A DNA stretch of 64,000 bases from a virus: positions 95,935 to 159,934 of IMG/VR virus record IMGVR_UViG_3300009512_000010. The stretch is one strand, 5' to 3'. A program made the translations under genes and the position numbers. Positions 9,720 to 19,624 of this stretch are shown one piece after another. How positions within the stretch are numbered: position 1 is the stretch's first letter; each line of letters opens with the position of its first letter. Under the pieces are notes generated by a model that did no database searches, had not been told where the DNA came from, and saw only the letters and a list, made by a program, of their open reading frames with translations.

Positions 9720-10247
9720 TTAAGTAGTGGTATTTGATTCCCAGTATTGGATTTGGAATTCAACAGGGAACTCCTCAATCGCACCAGTTGTATCATAATT
9801 CAGATCAATAGCACCTACATTGGTTGGGAAACAACCACGGAAAGTGTATGATTTGAGTACTGTTTCGTCACGATCCAATTGCTCAACAATAAGATCAGAC
9901 TGATAGTCAGCAGGGTTAACAATACCAGTGTTAGTTGTGTGACCGTTAATACCGTTCATCCAACGTTCCATACTGTCACGAACACCGAAGTCCGTATCGT
10001 TAATGATTGTTACAGTCCATGGTTCAAATGTTCTGTCGCCAGCAATTTGCAATTGTCTACCTCTGAATGATACAGGGATAGGTGCAATCACAGATGCAGG
10101 TAACTGAGCACCCTTACACATGAATGATGTTTGTTCGACGTTGCCACCAGCATAAGCAGGGAAGTTGACTGTTACCTTAAATAGGTTAGGTCTAGCTCCA
10201 CCACCAGCGAGTTTGGCTTTAAAATCGTCTACTCCAAGAATAGCCAT
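9720..10247 (-). CDS. gp19: Tail tube protein (gp19-like)
   Basis: GGGARPNLFKV, FRGRQLQIAGDRTFEPWTVTIINDTDF, IEEFPVEFQIQYW. Confidence 0.96.
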   Translation of the reverse strand: MAILGVDDFKAKLAGGGARPNLFKVTVNFPAYAGGNVEQTSFMCKGAQLPASVIAPIPVSFRGRQLQIAGDRTFEPWTVTIINDTDFGVRDSMERWMNGINGHTTNTGIVNPADYQSDLIVEQLDRDETVLKSYTFRGCFPTNVGAIDLNYDTTGAIEEFPVEFQIQYWESNTTT

Positions 10248-10270
10248 TTAAATGTTCCTTTCTACTCTAC

Positions 10271-11998
10271 TTATACCGTGCCTACAACTTCTTCAAACTC
10301 TACGCCGCTACGTACTGCAACGAAGTTAAGGGTGATGAAGTTGATGGAACGTGCTGGTTTGATGAAAATGTTAGCGATAAATTCGTTACGATCAATAACA
10401 GACGATGTGTTATTTGTTTCGTCACAAACTACCTTAAAGTCTGTAATGCCACGGCGACCTTTGATTTCTCTTAGGACTGGCTCTACGATGTTAACAAATT
10501 CTGCACGAGTGAACTCATCATTAAGTTCAAACATTACGTTTTTAGCCGCTTCGCCAATGGCTCTCTCAACTACGAGGAACAATCTGCGAACATTGATACG
10601 ATCAAATGCGGATGGTCTACTCATGTGTGTCTTATCACCAAAGAGTAAAACACCTTGACCTGGAATATTGCCAACAGGGTTAATGCCTGCTTTATACAAT
10701 GTATCACGTTGCGTTTTAGTTGGATTGTAAACAGTAGATGTAACACCTAAGTATTGACCACGTCTTCCACCAGCTGGTGAGATCCATGGTGCACCGTTTG
10801 CATCAGATGCAGACATAATGCCCGCTGTAGATGAAGCGGCAGGGATGCTAACATACTTATCGTTGTACTTGTCATACACTTTCAGCCAGTTACAATCGAC
10901 AAACAATGTGCTGTCGTATGTAAATGTGTCGGCTGTAGCAGTAACATTTGTTGTGATTGTAGTTGAGTTGTTTACGCCAATGATGTCACTACTAGCAGGA
11001 CCTGCAACCACTACGCAATCTTTACGTAATTTTGCTGTTGCAACAAGATCGTTAACGACTGTTGTTTGGTCTGCACGACTTGTCATACCCGGAGCAATCA
11101 AGAAGTCTACTGTAACCGTATCAACGTCTTCGTATAGATCGAAGCTTGATGTGATATCTCCAGCAGTGAAGCCACTTGATGTTACGCCACCTGATAGGTT
11201 ATATGTCTTAACAGCAGGTGCTGATAGGATGAAATCTTCTCCACTATCTGCTAGTGTGCCTGCACCTACATCTGTAAATGCTGTTTCAAATCCAGCCATC
11301 CAAACATAGTTTGAACCTGTGTTGACGATGTCTTTAACGTAGTTGGTTGAGCCATCTGCGTTCTTAGCACCAAGTGCCAAAGATACGAATGGGTAAGTTT
11401 CAAGAACTGCACCCTTTGATCCAAAGTTACCATCTTTATCGATAACCGCAATGTGAACCTCATCGTTCAAAGCGTTTTTGTCTGCCGCATGTGCGGATGT
11501 TCCGGGTTGACCATCAAAGCTAGGTTTATAAGCCCAATTTGTGAATGATGCTGTGTGTGCAGGACATACTTGAATTTCTAATGCATCCCCAAGCTCACCT
11601 GGGTATTTTGCAATGAATGTGTGACCGTCTGAGTCACGGCTTGCGATTTGGGTGTCCCAATCGTCTGCGTTTTTGATTACTGGGTTGTCTGTAGTGGCGT
11701 TAACATTATCGTGTGCATTTCTTGCATTTGATGTGATAGAACGTGTTACAAACAAGTCTGAGCTATAACGTAAGTAGTATGCCGCAGTGTGAAAGTCTGA
11801 ACTGAAAGCATCGTTAGGTGTGCCAAATGTAGCCGCAAGTTCGGTCTCGTTAGAGATACGCTGTCTTGTTTCTACTGGACCCCAACGGAAGCCGCCAACT
11901 ATTGCACCAGTTGTAGATTGTACGTTAGGCACTGTGCCTGACAGATCTACTTCTTTGATAACAATCGCTGGACTTTGGGATGGTGTTCCAATTGCCAT
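10271..11998 (-). CDS. gp18: Tail sheath protein (gp18-like)
   Basis: SPAIVIKEVDLS, FRWGPV, PWISPAG, LFGDKT...SAFDRINVRRLF, FIKPARSINFITLNFVA. Confidence 0.97.
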   Translation of the reverse strand: MAIGTPSQSPAIVIKEVDLSGTVPNVQSTTGAIVGGFRWGPVETRQRISNETELAATFGTPNDAFSSDFHTAAYYLRYSSDLFVTRSITSNARNAHDNVNATTDNPVIKNADDWDTQIASRDSDGHTFIAKYPGELGDALEIQVCPAHTASFTNWAYKPSFDGQPGTSAHAADKNALNDEVHIAVIDKDGNFGSKGAVLETYPFVSLALGAKNADGSTNYVKDIVNTGSNYVWMAGFETAFTDVGAGTLADSGEDFILSAPAVKTYNLSGGVTSSGFTAGDITSSFDLYEDVDTVTVDFLIAPGMTSRADQTTVVNDLVATAKLRKDCVVVAGPASSDIIGVNNSTTITTNVTATADTFTYDSTLFVDCNWLKVYDKYNDKYVSIPAASSTAGIMSASDANGAPWISPAGGRRGQYLGVTSTVYNPTKTQRDTLYKAGINPVGNIPGQGVLLFGDKTHMSRPSAFDRINVRRLFLVVERAIGEAAKNVMFELNDEFTRAEFVNIVEPVLREIKGRRGITDFKVVCDETNNTSSVIDRNEFIANIFIKPARSINFITLNFVAVRSGVEFEEVVGTV

Positions 11999-12061
11999 GG
12001 TTATTTTCCTTTTGAAATGATAAGTAATACATAATGCGGTGGGATTTCAAGGTTACGCTGT

Positions 12062-12069
12062 TATTTATA
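12062..12069 (-). promoter_or_regulatory. T4-type late promoter TATAAATA
   Basis: tatttata on + at 12062-12069, upstream of gp18. Confidence 0.8.
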
Positions 12070-12081
12070 AGAAAACTATTC

Positions 12082-13683
12082 CTAGCTTAAGTCCCACTTA
12101 TCACTTACCGTTATCCCCCAACCGAATCTTTCGTGATCTACTGGTGGTGGTTGATCCCCCACACCATCATCCACAAACCCAAATGGTAAAACGTCCGCTT
12201 CAATATCAGCCATTCGTTGTTGAAACAACATGTCTTTGAGATTGATATCCGTCATATCACCAAAGAATGCACTAGAAGCAAAATATCCAAACATAACAAA
12301 GTTCATCACAAGATCGTCATGGTTGCCGTTAGATGCTTCAAAAGAGTTGCCTCTAGCCTCAAATGTGGAGATCTCAATGATGGTCTGTTCGTCCACAATA
12401 TCGAGTTTGTGGTTCTCAAGGATGTCTTTAAAACCAGAACAACCAATACGTTTAATCTTTCTGTTCATCTCAATGCCGATACCACTACTCTTTGTAGCAC
12501 TTTCGACGTGCATATTCTCATACTCTAGATCTTGGTATAACCCTTGACACACCAAAGACCCCTGATCATTACTCTCTACTATCACGTATGCGTTGTTATA
12601 TGCTGTGGCGAACTTAAAGATAATGTCTGGAAACAGAATAGGTGAGATCCTATTATTTCTATAGACAGCCACTTGTCTGAATGGTACTGTACTAATATCG
12701 ATCATATTGAATGTCGAGTAGTCTTGACCTCTGCCTTTAGCCACGTCAACACAACAAATGTATTCGTGGTTCTTTACTGTTTCTTCATAGATTAGACAAT
12801 CCCCATTAACTCTAATGGGGTTCTTGGCTCTCAACTTCATCAGTGTTTCAGCATCGATTAATGTATCACCTGTACCAAAGAACGTATTACCGTACTCTTG
12901 GTCAAACTGTAATTGGCTTGTGTTGTTGATCGTCTCTTGTTTCCACGCATCATCACGACCCGGAACATCCCACCAATCAACTCTGAACGGTATGAATGTA
13001 TTGGTTTGTTGTTGAGCACCTTCCCAAATCTTATGGAATACATTACCAATGCCGTTAGCAGTGGATGTAATGATAACCTTGGTGTCCTTACCAGATGACA
13101 CAACAGGATATGTTGATGTGTAGAATTGAGCATCGTTCTCAACGAATGCAAACTCGTCAAGGAACAGTAGGTTGATAGATAGACCACGAATAGAAGATCC
13201 GCTTGTAGCAGACGCAAGGATCTTAGAGTTGTTACTGAATTCTATTGAACCTTTGTTAAGTGCTTTAGTTCCTGGTTGTAGGAAGTATGGTAGGTTCTCT
13301 AACATAAGAGTAACACGTGCCAACATCTCCCTAGCAGTAGCACCTTTGTTTGCTAGGATAGCAACGTTCTTCTCTGTGTGGAAGATAGCATACCATAGAA
13401 TGTACGCAACGGATGAGATAGATTTACCAGATTGCCGACAGGCCAACACAATAGAGAAACGATTATTGTTGAAGTGGTCAAACATCGTCTCTTGATATGG
13501 ATACAGATCGAAGTTAACTAAGCCTCTGTCAAGGTGAATAACCTTACAGTAGTTCTTAGCAAAATACTTAGGATCTTCCATACACTTTTTGTACTCAAGG
13601 ATCGTTTCCTGAGACCATGGAGCTATTACCCCATCCTTCTTGACGTTATTATTGCCAAGGTAGCCTTGTTCTTTATTCACCAT
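12082..13683 (-). CDS. gp17: Terminase large subunit (gp17-like)
   Basis: Walker A CRQSGKS, Walker B LFLDEFAF, ITSTANG, DVAKGRGQDYS, HDDLVM. Start probably MVNKEQ at 13683 (the track gives 13698). Confidence 0.97.
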   Translation of the reverse strand: MVNKEQGYLGNNNVKKDGVIAPWSQETILEYKKCMEDPKYFAKNYCKVIHLDRGLVNFDLYPYQETMFDHFNNNRFSIVLACRQSGKSISSVAYILWYAIFHTEKNVAILANKGATAREMLARVTLMLENLPYFLQPGTKALNKGSIEFSNNSKILASATSGSSIRGLSINLLFLDEFAFVENDAQFYTSTYPVVSSGKDTKVIITSTANGIGNVFHKIWEGAQQQTNTFIPFRVDWWDVPGRDDAWKQETINNTSQLQFDQEYGNTFFGTGDTLIDAETLMKLRAKNPIRVNGDCLIYEETVKNHEYICCVDVAKGRGQDYSTFNMIDISTVPFRQVAVYRNNRISPILFPDIIFKFATAYNNAYVIVESNDQGSLVCQGLYQDLEYENMHVESATKSSGIGIEMNRKIKRIGCSGFKDILENHKLDIVDEQTIIEISTFEARGNSFEASNGNHDDLVMNFVMFGYFASSAFFGDMTDINLKDMLFQQRMADIEADVLPFGFVDDGVGDQPPPVDHERFGWGITVSDKWDLS

Positions 13684-14035
13684 CAGGCGTAATGTCAATC
13701 ACTTCTGTGGGTAATTCTTTGACATCCTGTAACATACGTTGAAGATCTGTACTAGATCCGATAAAGACATTGTTATTGGTTGTTCCAGCACTTTCAATAG
13801 CTGGAGCATCACTCTTCTGAATATCTTTATTCTTCTTATTAAGATCCATAAGCTTGTCGTTAACATCAGCAACGTTCTTGATCATACCAGACAACACCTC
13901 ATAGGCACGTGGATGTTCACTTTCTCGTGCAACTTCCATCATCATGCTTAAGGCATCTTGTCCCTTTTCGATCAGATCGTAATATGTCTCTCGTGACTTA
14001 TCATAATCACTCTTGATATTAGTCTCATCCGTCAT
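13673..14035 (-). CDS. gp16: Terminase small subunit (gp16-like)
   Basis: ESEHPRAYEV and TNNNVFIGSSTDLQRML; upstream of gp17. Confidence 0.92.
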   Translation of the reverse strand: MTDETNIKSDYDKSRETYYDLIEKGQDALSMMMEVARESEHPRAYEVLSGMIKNVADVNDKLMDLNKKNKDIQKSDAPAIESAGTTNNNVFIGSSTDLQRMLQDVKELPTEVIDITPDGE

Positions 14036-14801
14036 CGCTCGTTATTTCCTCATAATTATAAGTCTTAGTAAATCCGTAGTCAGAATCATACATTGGTATT
14101 ATTGTGGGGGTTGTCGTTGTCGTAAGTACCTTAGTACCCTTTTCGAGTTCGTATTCCATGATAGACTTAGTAATGACTTCGCCATCATCGATTGCACCTG
14201 TGAAGCTAGTCTTAACTTCAAAGTCCATTACATATTGTACTGACTGTCTTTGTTCTTGTTGACCCTCACCCTCATTGACAAACGCCACTGATTGTAGTGT
14301 AATTGGAACATCTTCTTTGATATCTGGATAGTCTTTGTACGGTCTCATAGTCACAGTGTATTGTGGTGCAAAGGTTGGTATGATCTGTTCTACAATTTGT
14401 AGAGCATCATCCTGATTATTTGCATAGATCCCAAGAGAAAATGTTACAATGTAGGGAACTGATTGTTTTACTTTGGCACGTTTACTGTTGTCGTTTACTG
14501 TCGCTTGTTGAAGTCTAGCGTTAGTCTTAGACAACTGTCGTGTCGCATCATATGCCATTGAAGTCATCTCAAAGGTCATGCGTGGCAACTTTATAGCAAC
14601 TGAATCGTCAACACCAAATTCGCCCACCTGTTGTAACCTAAGAAGAAACTTAGATCTAGGAGAGTATGCCAAAGGAACACGAATTGTGCTTAACACTTTG
14701 CCGTTCTTGTCCGTTCTCATTACATGGATCTTTGTAAAGAGCGAACCGAATATAGCTACTGTTTTACGTAGTCTCTCGTGATAAAAGTAATCATTAAACA
14801 T
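14025..14801 (-). CDS. gp15: Tail sheath stabiliser/terminator (gp15-like)
   Basis: YFYHERLRK...FGSLF, VPLAYSP, LPRMTFEM, DALQIVEQIIPTF.P. Confidence 0.93.
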   Translation of the reverse strand: MFNDYFYHERLRKTVAIFGSLFTKIHVMRTDKNGKVLSTIRVPLAYSPRSKFLLRLQQVGEFGVDDSVAIKLPRMTFEMTSMAYDATRQLSKTNARLQQATVNDNSKRAKVKQSVPYIVTFSLGIYANNQDDALQIVEQIIPTFAPQYTVTMRPYKDYPDIKEDVPITLQSVAFVNEGEGQQEQRQSVQYVMDFEVKTSFTGAIDDGEVITKSIMEYELEKGTKVLTTTTTPTIIPMYDSDYGFTKTYNYEEITSDDG

Positions 14802-15613
14802 TAGCTTGAAAGTCCTGTGCTTTTACTGATTTCGCCAAATGGATTGCCTTCACTAAAGTCTAGGAAGTCCTCTATCTCAGTAGCAAATTCGAAGTTCTGT
14901 TGATCTACAGTATCTTTCTGCGTAGAGCTAACAATCTTAGCAGTAGCACCTGAGTTTTGCCCAGTGAGATACTTGCCAGTCGATGGTAGTGCGAATGATC
15001 CCAAGTTGTTTGCCGAACCAACATGAATAAGCGATAAGATTTCGCTACTATCATTGTATGCCGCAACTTCGGCTGTCAAAACACCACCGTCTGATGCGCT
15101 GTCTTGGTTAACATATTCGCCAACAAGAAACGGTTGGAATAGCTGTGGATCTGATATTAGAATAGATGGTGGGGAAGTATAGAAATCTCCACTGTCCACA
15201 ATTGTTATTGAAGTAAGTTTACTAGTAGCACTGTCTAGATTTGGGTATCCAACTGCAATAAAGTCAGTCGCATTCTTACTTGGACCTAAAATCGTAACAG
15301 CAGGTACAGATTGATATCCTTGACCACTATCCGTTAGAGTAACCGAGTTAACTCTTCCGTTTAGAACTGTTGCAGTTGCAGTTGCCGTAGTGCCAACACT
15401 AGATGCAATTGTAATAGTAGGAGTAGATCCATCCTCATAGTAGCTTCCGCCACTATCGATGTTAATTTGGTTAAGACTGCCACTATTCAAAATAGCGATT
15501 AGTCTTGCTGGTTTCTTGGCTGTTGTGGGTGCCGAAAAGGTTATGGAAGGAACTGTTGTGTATAGATCACCACTGTCAGTAAGAGTAATGCTTGTGATAC
15601 CTTGTAATGACAT
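14801..15613 (-). CDS. Probable separated C-terminal part of neck protein gp14 with beta-repeat insert
   Basis: Four ITLTDSG..Y...P..TI-type repeats and a C-terminal DFLDFSEGNPFG typical of gp14 C-termini; TAATG overlap with gp14. Confidence 0.6.
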   Translation of the reverse strand: MSLQGITSITLTDSGDLYTTVPSITFSAPTTAKKPARLIAILNSGSLNQINIDSGGSYYEDGSTPTITIASSVGTTATATATVLNGRVNSVTLTDSGQGYQSVPAVTILGPSKNATDFIAVGYPNLDSATSKLTSITIVDSGDFYTSPPSILISDPQLFQPFLVGEYVNQDSASDGGVLTAEVAAYNDSSEILSLIHVGSANNLGSFALPSTGKYLTGQNSGATAKIVSSTQKDTVDQQNFEFATEIEDFLDFSEGNPFGEISKSTGLSS

Positions 15614-16206
15614 TATGAAATACTCGCTGTTGCTGTTGCGGTCTTACCACGATTAACTTTAATGTCATATCTATAGGCATTATCAATCTCAATTTGATCG
15701 ATATTCGCATTACCTGTATCAATATCTTCGTCATTGTATTCAAACAATTCACAACGGATCTTATATGTTGGTAGGTTGTTTAGCTGATAGAAAGGCTGTT
15801 CGTGCTCAACGTGCACGATCTGAAACAGTTTGCCTGCAAATGGGGTGTAAATAAGATCGCCTTCTGCTGGCCTATCTGTCTTAATCTCGTTATCAAACTT
15901 ACGTACTGTTTGGTTCCAACGCCTTTTGGCTACGACAAGTGTTACACTGTCTCTGATCTCTACACCAAACTTACTGAATAAGTCGCCTTCACCGTCAAAC
16001 CCATCATTGTTCTCCACATACATCTCAAGTCTGTAACTAGAGTTGAATGAGGATACTGGATCTTCTTTAAACACATCATCTACGTTCACTAGATCACGTG
16101 GCATGTAATACATGTCCTGACCATAGATCCGCAATGCTTCGATTGTTAGATCTTCGTAAAGAAGTTGTTCTGACTTATGACCATCTGAAAAGTATAAATT
16201 GCGCAT
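15613..16206 (-). CDS. gp14: Neck protein (gp14-like), N-terminal core
   Basis: EQLLYEDL..EAL.IYG.DMYY.PR, GEGDLFSKFG, RPAEGDLIY, VEHEQPFYQL, CELFEY. Confidence 0.92.
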   Translation of the reverse strand: MRNLYFSDGHKSEQLLYEDLTIEALRIYGQDMYYMPRDLVNVDDVFKEDPVSSFNSSYRLEMYVENNDGFDGEGDLFSKFGVEIRDSVTLVVAKRRWNQTVRKFDNEIKTDRPAEGDLIYTPFAGKLFQIVHVEHEQPFYQLNNLPTYKIRCELFEYNDEDIDTGNANIDQIEIDNAYRYDIKVNRGKTATATASIS

Positions 16207-16207
16207 A

Positions 16208-16960
16208 TTAACCTACAAAGAATTCTACAGGGAGTTCATGCTCTAGTCTCATATCCTCTTCGAGTTTCAATACTTCTGCGTTTGCGGCCTCTAGTATAGC
16301 CAAGCCATTCATCGTCACACCACCAGGCAATTGCATACCTTCAAACTTACTAAGGTTTTGCCCCCATTGTTGCTTGACCAATGCAGTAAAGTATGCCTTA
16401 ACAAACCTGTCGTTATACACTGATGTGTTTGCTACAGGATCTACAAGTTGAGTGCCTTCTACAATAATGTATTGGCCTTCTTTAATATCTTGTGTTTCAA
16501 ACTCGCCATGAATGTATAGCTTACTTTCGTATTGAGAGTAATTAACCTGTGGCATTCCGTTTAGTGTTTGGTCAATCATAGCAATGTGCTGTTGCATCAT
16601 TGTATAATATGCCATGTCTCCCATGAACTTACCCATGACTGCAAGATCGTTCAACCTAAGCTGATAGCCCAAAGAGAACATTCCGCTAGAAGAAGCCCCA
16701 CCATTGATTGGAAGGACTCTTTTCACAAATAGATAGTCGGATGGGATAGGGATATATTTGTTAGTGACATCATCTGCCGTAATAAGATACTTTAGATAGA
16801 CTGTCTTAGTCGCATCAGAATGGTACTCTTGAAAGTATTCAAGAGCTTCGTCCAATCTGTCTTCTACTTGATCCTCATCAACATTAATTTCGAGAACAGG
16901 CTCACCCAATCTTCGCTTTGCATAGTCAATTAATGTCGATCTTGAATTCGGTTTTGCCAT
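16208..16960 (-). CDS. gp13: Neck protein (gp13-like)
   Basis: RRLGEPVLEINVDEDQVEDR, KQQWGQNLSKFEGMQLPGGVTMNG. Confidence 0.95.
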   Translation of the reverse strand: MAKPNSRSTLIDYAKRRLGEPVLEINVDEDQVEDRLDEALEYFQEYHSDATKTVYLKYLITADDVTNKYIPIPSDYLFVKRVLPINGGASSSGMFSLGYQLRLNDLAVMGKFMGDMAYYTMMQQHIAMIDQTLNGMPQVNYSQYESKLYIHGEFETQDIKEGQYIIVEGTQLVDPVANTSVYNDRFVKAYFTALVKQQWGQNLSKFEGMQLPGGVTMNGLAILEAANAEVLKLEEDMRLEHELPVEFFVG

Positions 16961-16991
16961 CTAACTCGTCCCATGTGTAATCCGTTACTTC

Positions 16992-16999
16992 TATTTATA
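16992..16999 (-). promoter_or_regulatory. T4-type late promoter TATAAATA
   Basis: tatttata on + at 16992-16999, upstream of gp13. Confidence 0.8.
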
Positions 17000-18928
17000 C
17001 TAATTTATATCCCCAGGGTAGCGTTGTGTCCACATTGTAAAGCTATATTTCGTTCCCGAAACAAGTTCTGTACACTCATGACCGTGTGTGACCATGCCCG
17101 GAAACAGAATCATCTTACCACAAGGCACATCATCGTTGTTAACACCCTGTCTTGGGTAGATCAAAGACGCACCTTTATAGTCATCATTGAGCTTAACGGA
17201 TCCTGTAACAAGAGAGGCATCATTGTGCAAAGGCAAACTCTTTTGAGTGTCCACCGAATATCGCATAACGAATGCATCACGCATACCATACATTTCAATA
17301 GGGTGCCAAAGCTTCTCTACGATTGGTACGATATGTTCTTTCCAATGGGTTTCTAGCTCATTCCACAATCCTAGTTCTTTGACACGGATCTCATATGCTG
17401 GAAACTTATCTTCTGGCATAGGTGCCCACTTGCCGTGGTTATCACCCATTTCAATCAAACGATCACACTGGCTTTGTGTCATGAAGTCCACAACCATCAT
17501 GTCCTTTTCAAGCATGTCAACCTTACCGTGATGGGGGATGAACATCGGAGACTGTGGAGTTGTTCCTAAAGCGGTTTTAGGTTTAGGCAATGCCTTTGTG
17601 TATTTGGTGTGCACTTGGCTCCATAGGTTATCAAACTTTACTTTAGCCTCAAACCCACCGTTACCATGATATAGACAAGGAACAGTATTCGTGATTGGGT
17701 TCCATAGCTCATTACCTACGTCTACTTCTGGCTCGTGCGTTTGGAAGATATATTGTTCATAGTCCAACCCTACAGAGAATTTAGTAGTATCGTTTAGCCA
17801 GACACGTTGCATGTATAGCTGATCGTCATCATCATCGTTAAGTCGTTCTCCAAAGAAGTCTTTTAATGCACCAACCCTACCAATGTATTGTCCACTGTTG
17901 AGGTATTTGTAATGAAAGAGGTTGGGTTCTGGATGTAGGCTTTGCATGCTCTCGTCAGGCCAACAGCTTGCTTCTGCCCCGAATAGGATCTCTACAGAAG
18001 CGTCCATATACCGTTTAACGATTTCTTGTAGATTATTTGTAAAGAATACGTCATATGCATCTGTGAATAGAAGAATATCGTTTTCGGGCAAGGTGTCGAG
18101 ATAGTCTCGCACCAAGTTAACTTTATGTCCACCACCAGGGCCTTGCATGTCTGTACCAGCCCAATCGACATTAGTGCCCAAGTTCTTAACATCAAATCCC
18201 ATTAGTGCCGCACTGTCATTCAATGCTACACACTTAGATCTATCCGTACCAACCGTAACCGCATGAACATTGAAGTTTTGGAACCAATCGTCATGGCTTT
18301 GTGGCTCAATGTCAGATCCAAGAGCTTCTCTACTAATCTGTGTCGCAATCTCTACTTTGAGTGCTTGTACGTTATGTGTCTTTACCTTCTGAGCCAAGAC
18401 CTCATCTACAGGGATGATCTTTCTGTGGAAACCACTATTAATAAGATCATGCGCCATTTTAACAGTTAGCATATATGCATGACCATTGTATGGATAGCAA
18501 GGCTTAACTAGGTGTTGATTGCCACCTTCTGTGACACCAGTTTCGTTATTCTCGTTGTGACCCAAATATAGTAGATCGATATTATGCTCATCCATCCACT
18601 CGTGGTATTCGTTCTCTTTCCACTTAAATCTGTCGATCTTAACATCATCTTCGAAGATGATTGTAGTCTCGTTTAGTTCAACTACTTTCTGCCACGCCTG
18701 ATAGTGTGATAGGAAGCAACCAACCTCACCCTTTGTAATTCTACGGTTCTTGAATGGATCACGCCATTTGTGATTAACACCAAATTCATTGTCTACCATA
18801 CGTTGGTGATCAATGTCATGACCATCAATAGCAAATACGAATTGATAATCTTCCAACCAACCACATTCACCCATAAAGGATCTTTTTCTGTCAGTTCTTC
18901 GATTTAGATTAATAACTAGCTTGTGCAT
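17000..18928 (-). CDS. Three-domain fusion: GT25 glycosyltransferase + PLOD/LH3-type glycosyltransferase + lysyl-hydroxylase-type Fe/2OG dioxygenase
   Basis: GT25: VINLNRRTDR, AIDG, GEVGCFLSH, IFEDD. PLOD-GT: GGGHKVNL, LFTDAYDV, FGAEASCWPD, YLNSG.YIG, DDDDQLY. LH: FVMRY...LPLHNDAS...LNDDYKG...FPGMVTHGHE...GTKY. Confidence 0.85.
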   Translation of the reverse strand: MHKLVINLNRRTDRKRSFMGECGWLEDYQFVFAIDGHDIDHQRMVDNEFGVNHKWRDPFKNRRITKGEVGCFLSHYQAWQKVVELNETTIIFEDDVKIDRFKWKENEYHEWMDEHNIDLLYLGHNENNETGVTEGGNQHLVKPCYPYNGHAYMLTVKMAHDLINSGFHRKIIPVDEVLAQKVKTHNVQALKVEIATQISREALGSDIEPQSHDDWFQNFNVHAVTVGTDRSKCVALNDSAALMGFDVKNLGTNVDWAGTDMQGPGGGHKVNLVRDYLDTLPENDILLFTDAYDVFFTNNLQEIVKRYMDASVEILFGAEASCWPDESMQSLHPEPNLFHYKYLNSGQYIGRVGALKDFFGERLNDDDDDQLYMQRVWLNDTTKFSVGLDYEQYIFQTHEPEVDVGNELWNPITNTVPCLYHGNGGFEAKVKFDNLWSQVHTKYTKALPKPKTALGTTPQSPMFIPHHGKVDMLEKDMMVVDFMTQSQCDRLIEMGDNHGKWAPMPEDKFPAYEIRVKELGLWNELETHWKEHIVPIVEKLWHPIEMYGMRDAFVMRYSVDTQKSLPLHNDASLVTGSVKLNDDYKGASLIYPRQGVNNDDVPCGKMILFPGMVTHGHECTELVSGTKYSFTMWTQRYPGDIN

Positions 18929-18953
18929 AATGATTCCTTTTCAGTGTTATATA

Positions 18954-19514
18954 TTAGTCTCTGTAGAGATACAAATCAACAGGGACGCAGATCCGTAGTT
19001 CGGAGTAGTAAGGGTTGACGTGGTGATAAGCGAAACTTGGGAAGATCAAGAAGTCTCCTGTCTCAGGTTGATGATGATGTCTGTTAAACATTGGATTGAA
19101 ATATTCGTCATACCCCCGATTGGCATTAGATCTAGGATCGTGTAGCACCAAGTCGCCGCCCGAATTTTGATCTTCTGCTAGTATATAGAACACGCCAGAT
19201 AAGTGTGCTCCCGAATGATTGTGAATAGTCATTGAATAGTCTTTACCGTGACCAGTGATCCAACCCTTTAGCTTGTAGTTGTCCCAATCCTCAATAGAGC
19301 AATCAATAGTACTCTTTAGGTAGTCATTAAAAGCACTCTTAACAGTACTATTAAAGGCACTCATAACAGCACTCTTATCATCCAATATGTTATATCCACC
19401 CAAATCGCTAGGTGGTTCGTTTAGATTGTATGTGCTAAATATATGTTCCACTAAACCAGTGGTGTCGAACTTTCCTTGACCCATCTGTGTAGGCCATAGA
19501 TTATGGATATCCAT
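18954..19514 (-). CDS. Putative Fe(II)/2OG oxygenase (TIGR02466-like)
   Basis: HNHSGAHLSGVFY, LVLHDPR, GDFLIFPSFAYHHV, R near the C-terminus. Confidence 0.8.
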   Translation of the reverse strand: MDIHNLWPTQMGQGKFDTTGLVEHIFSTYNLNEPPSDLGGYNILDDKSAVMSAFNSTVKSAFNDYLKSTIDCSIEDWDNYKLKGWITGHGKDYSMTIHNHSGAHLSGVFYILAEDQNSGGDLVLHDPRSNANRGYDEYFNPMFNRHHHQPETGDFLIFPSFAYHHVNPYYSELRICVPVDLYLYRD

Positions 19515-19565
19515 CTCACTTCTTTCATCATGTTAATATACATCTATATATACTAGTAATAACAC

Positions 19566-19594
19566 TTGACTCTATGTTTCGGGTATGCTAGAAA
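19566..19594 (+). promoter_or_regulatory. Sigma70-like (early) promoter
   Basis: TTGACT at 19566-19571, 17-nt spacer, TG-n-TAGAAA extended -10 at 19586-19594, upstream of the + strand operon. Confidence 0.55.
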
Positions 19595-19624
19595 TAGGTA
19601 TAACAAATGAAAAGAGAGAATCAC

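Noticed and set aside
12082-13698. Intein or intron in terminase, portal or capsid genes
   Set aside because: Lengths and motif spacing are normal and no homing endonuclease motifs were seen.
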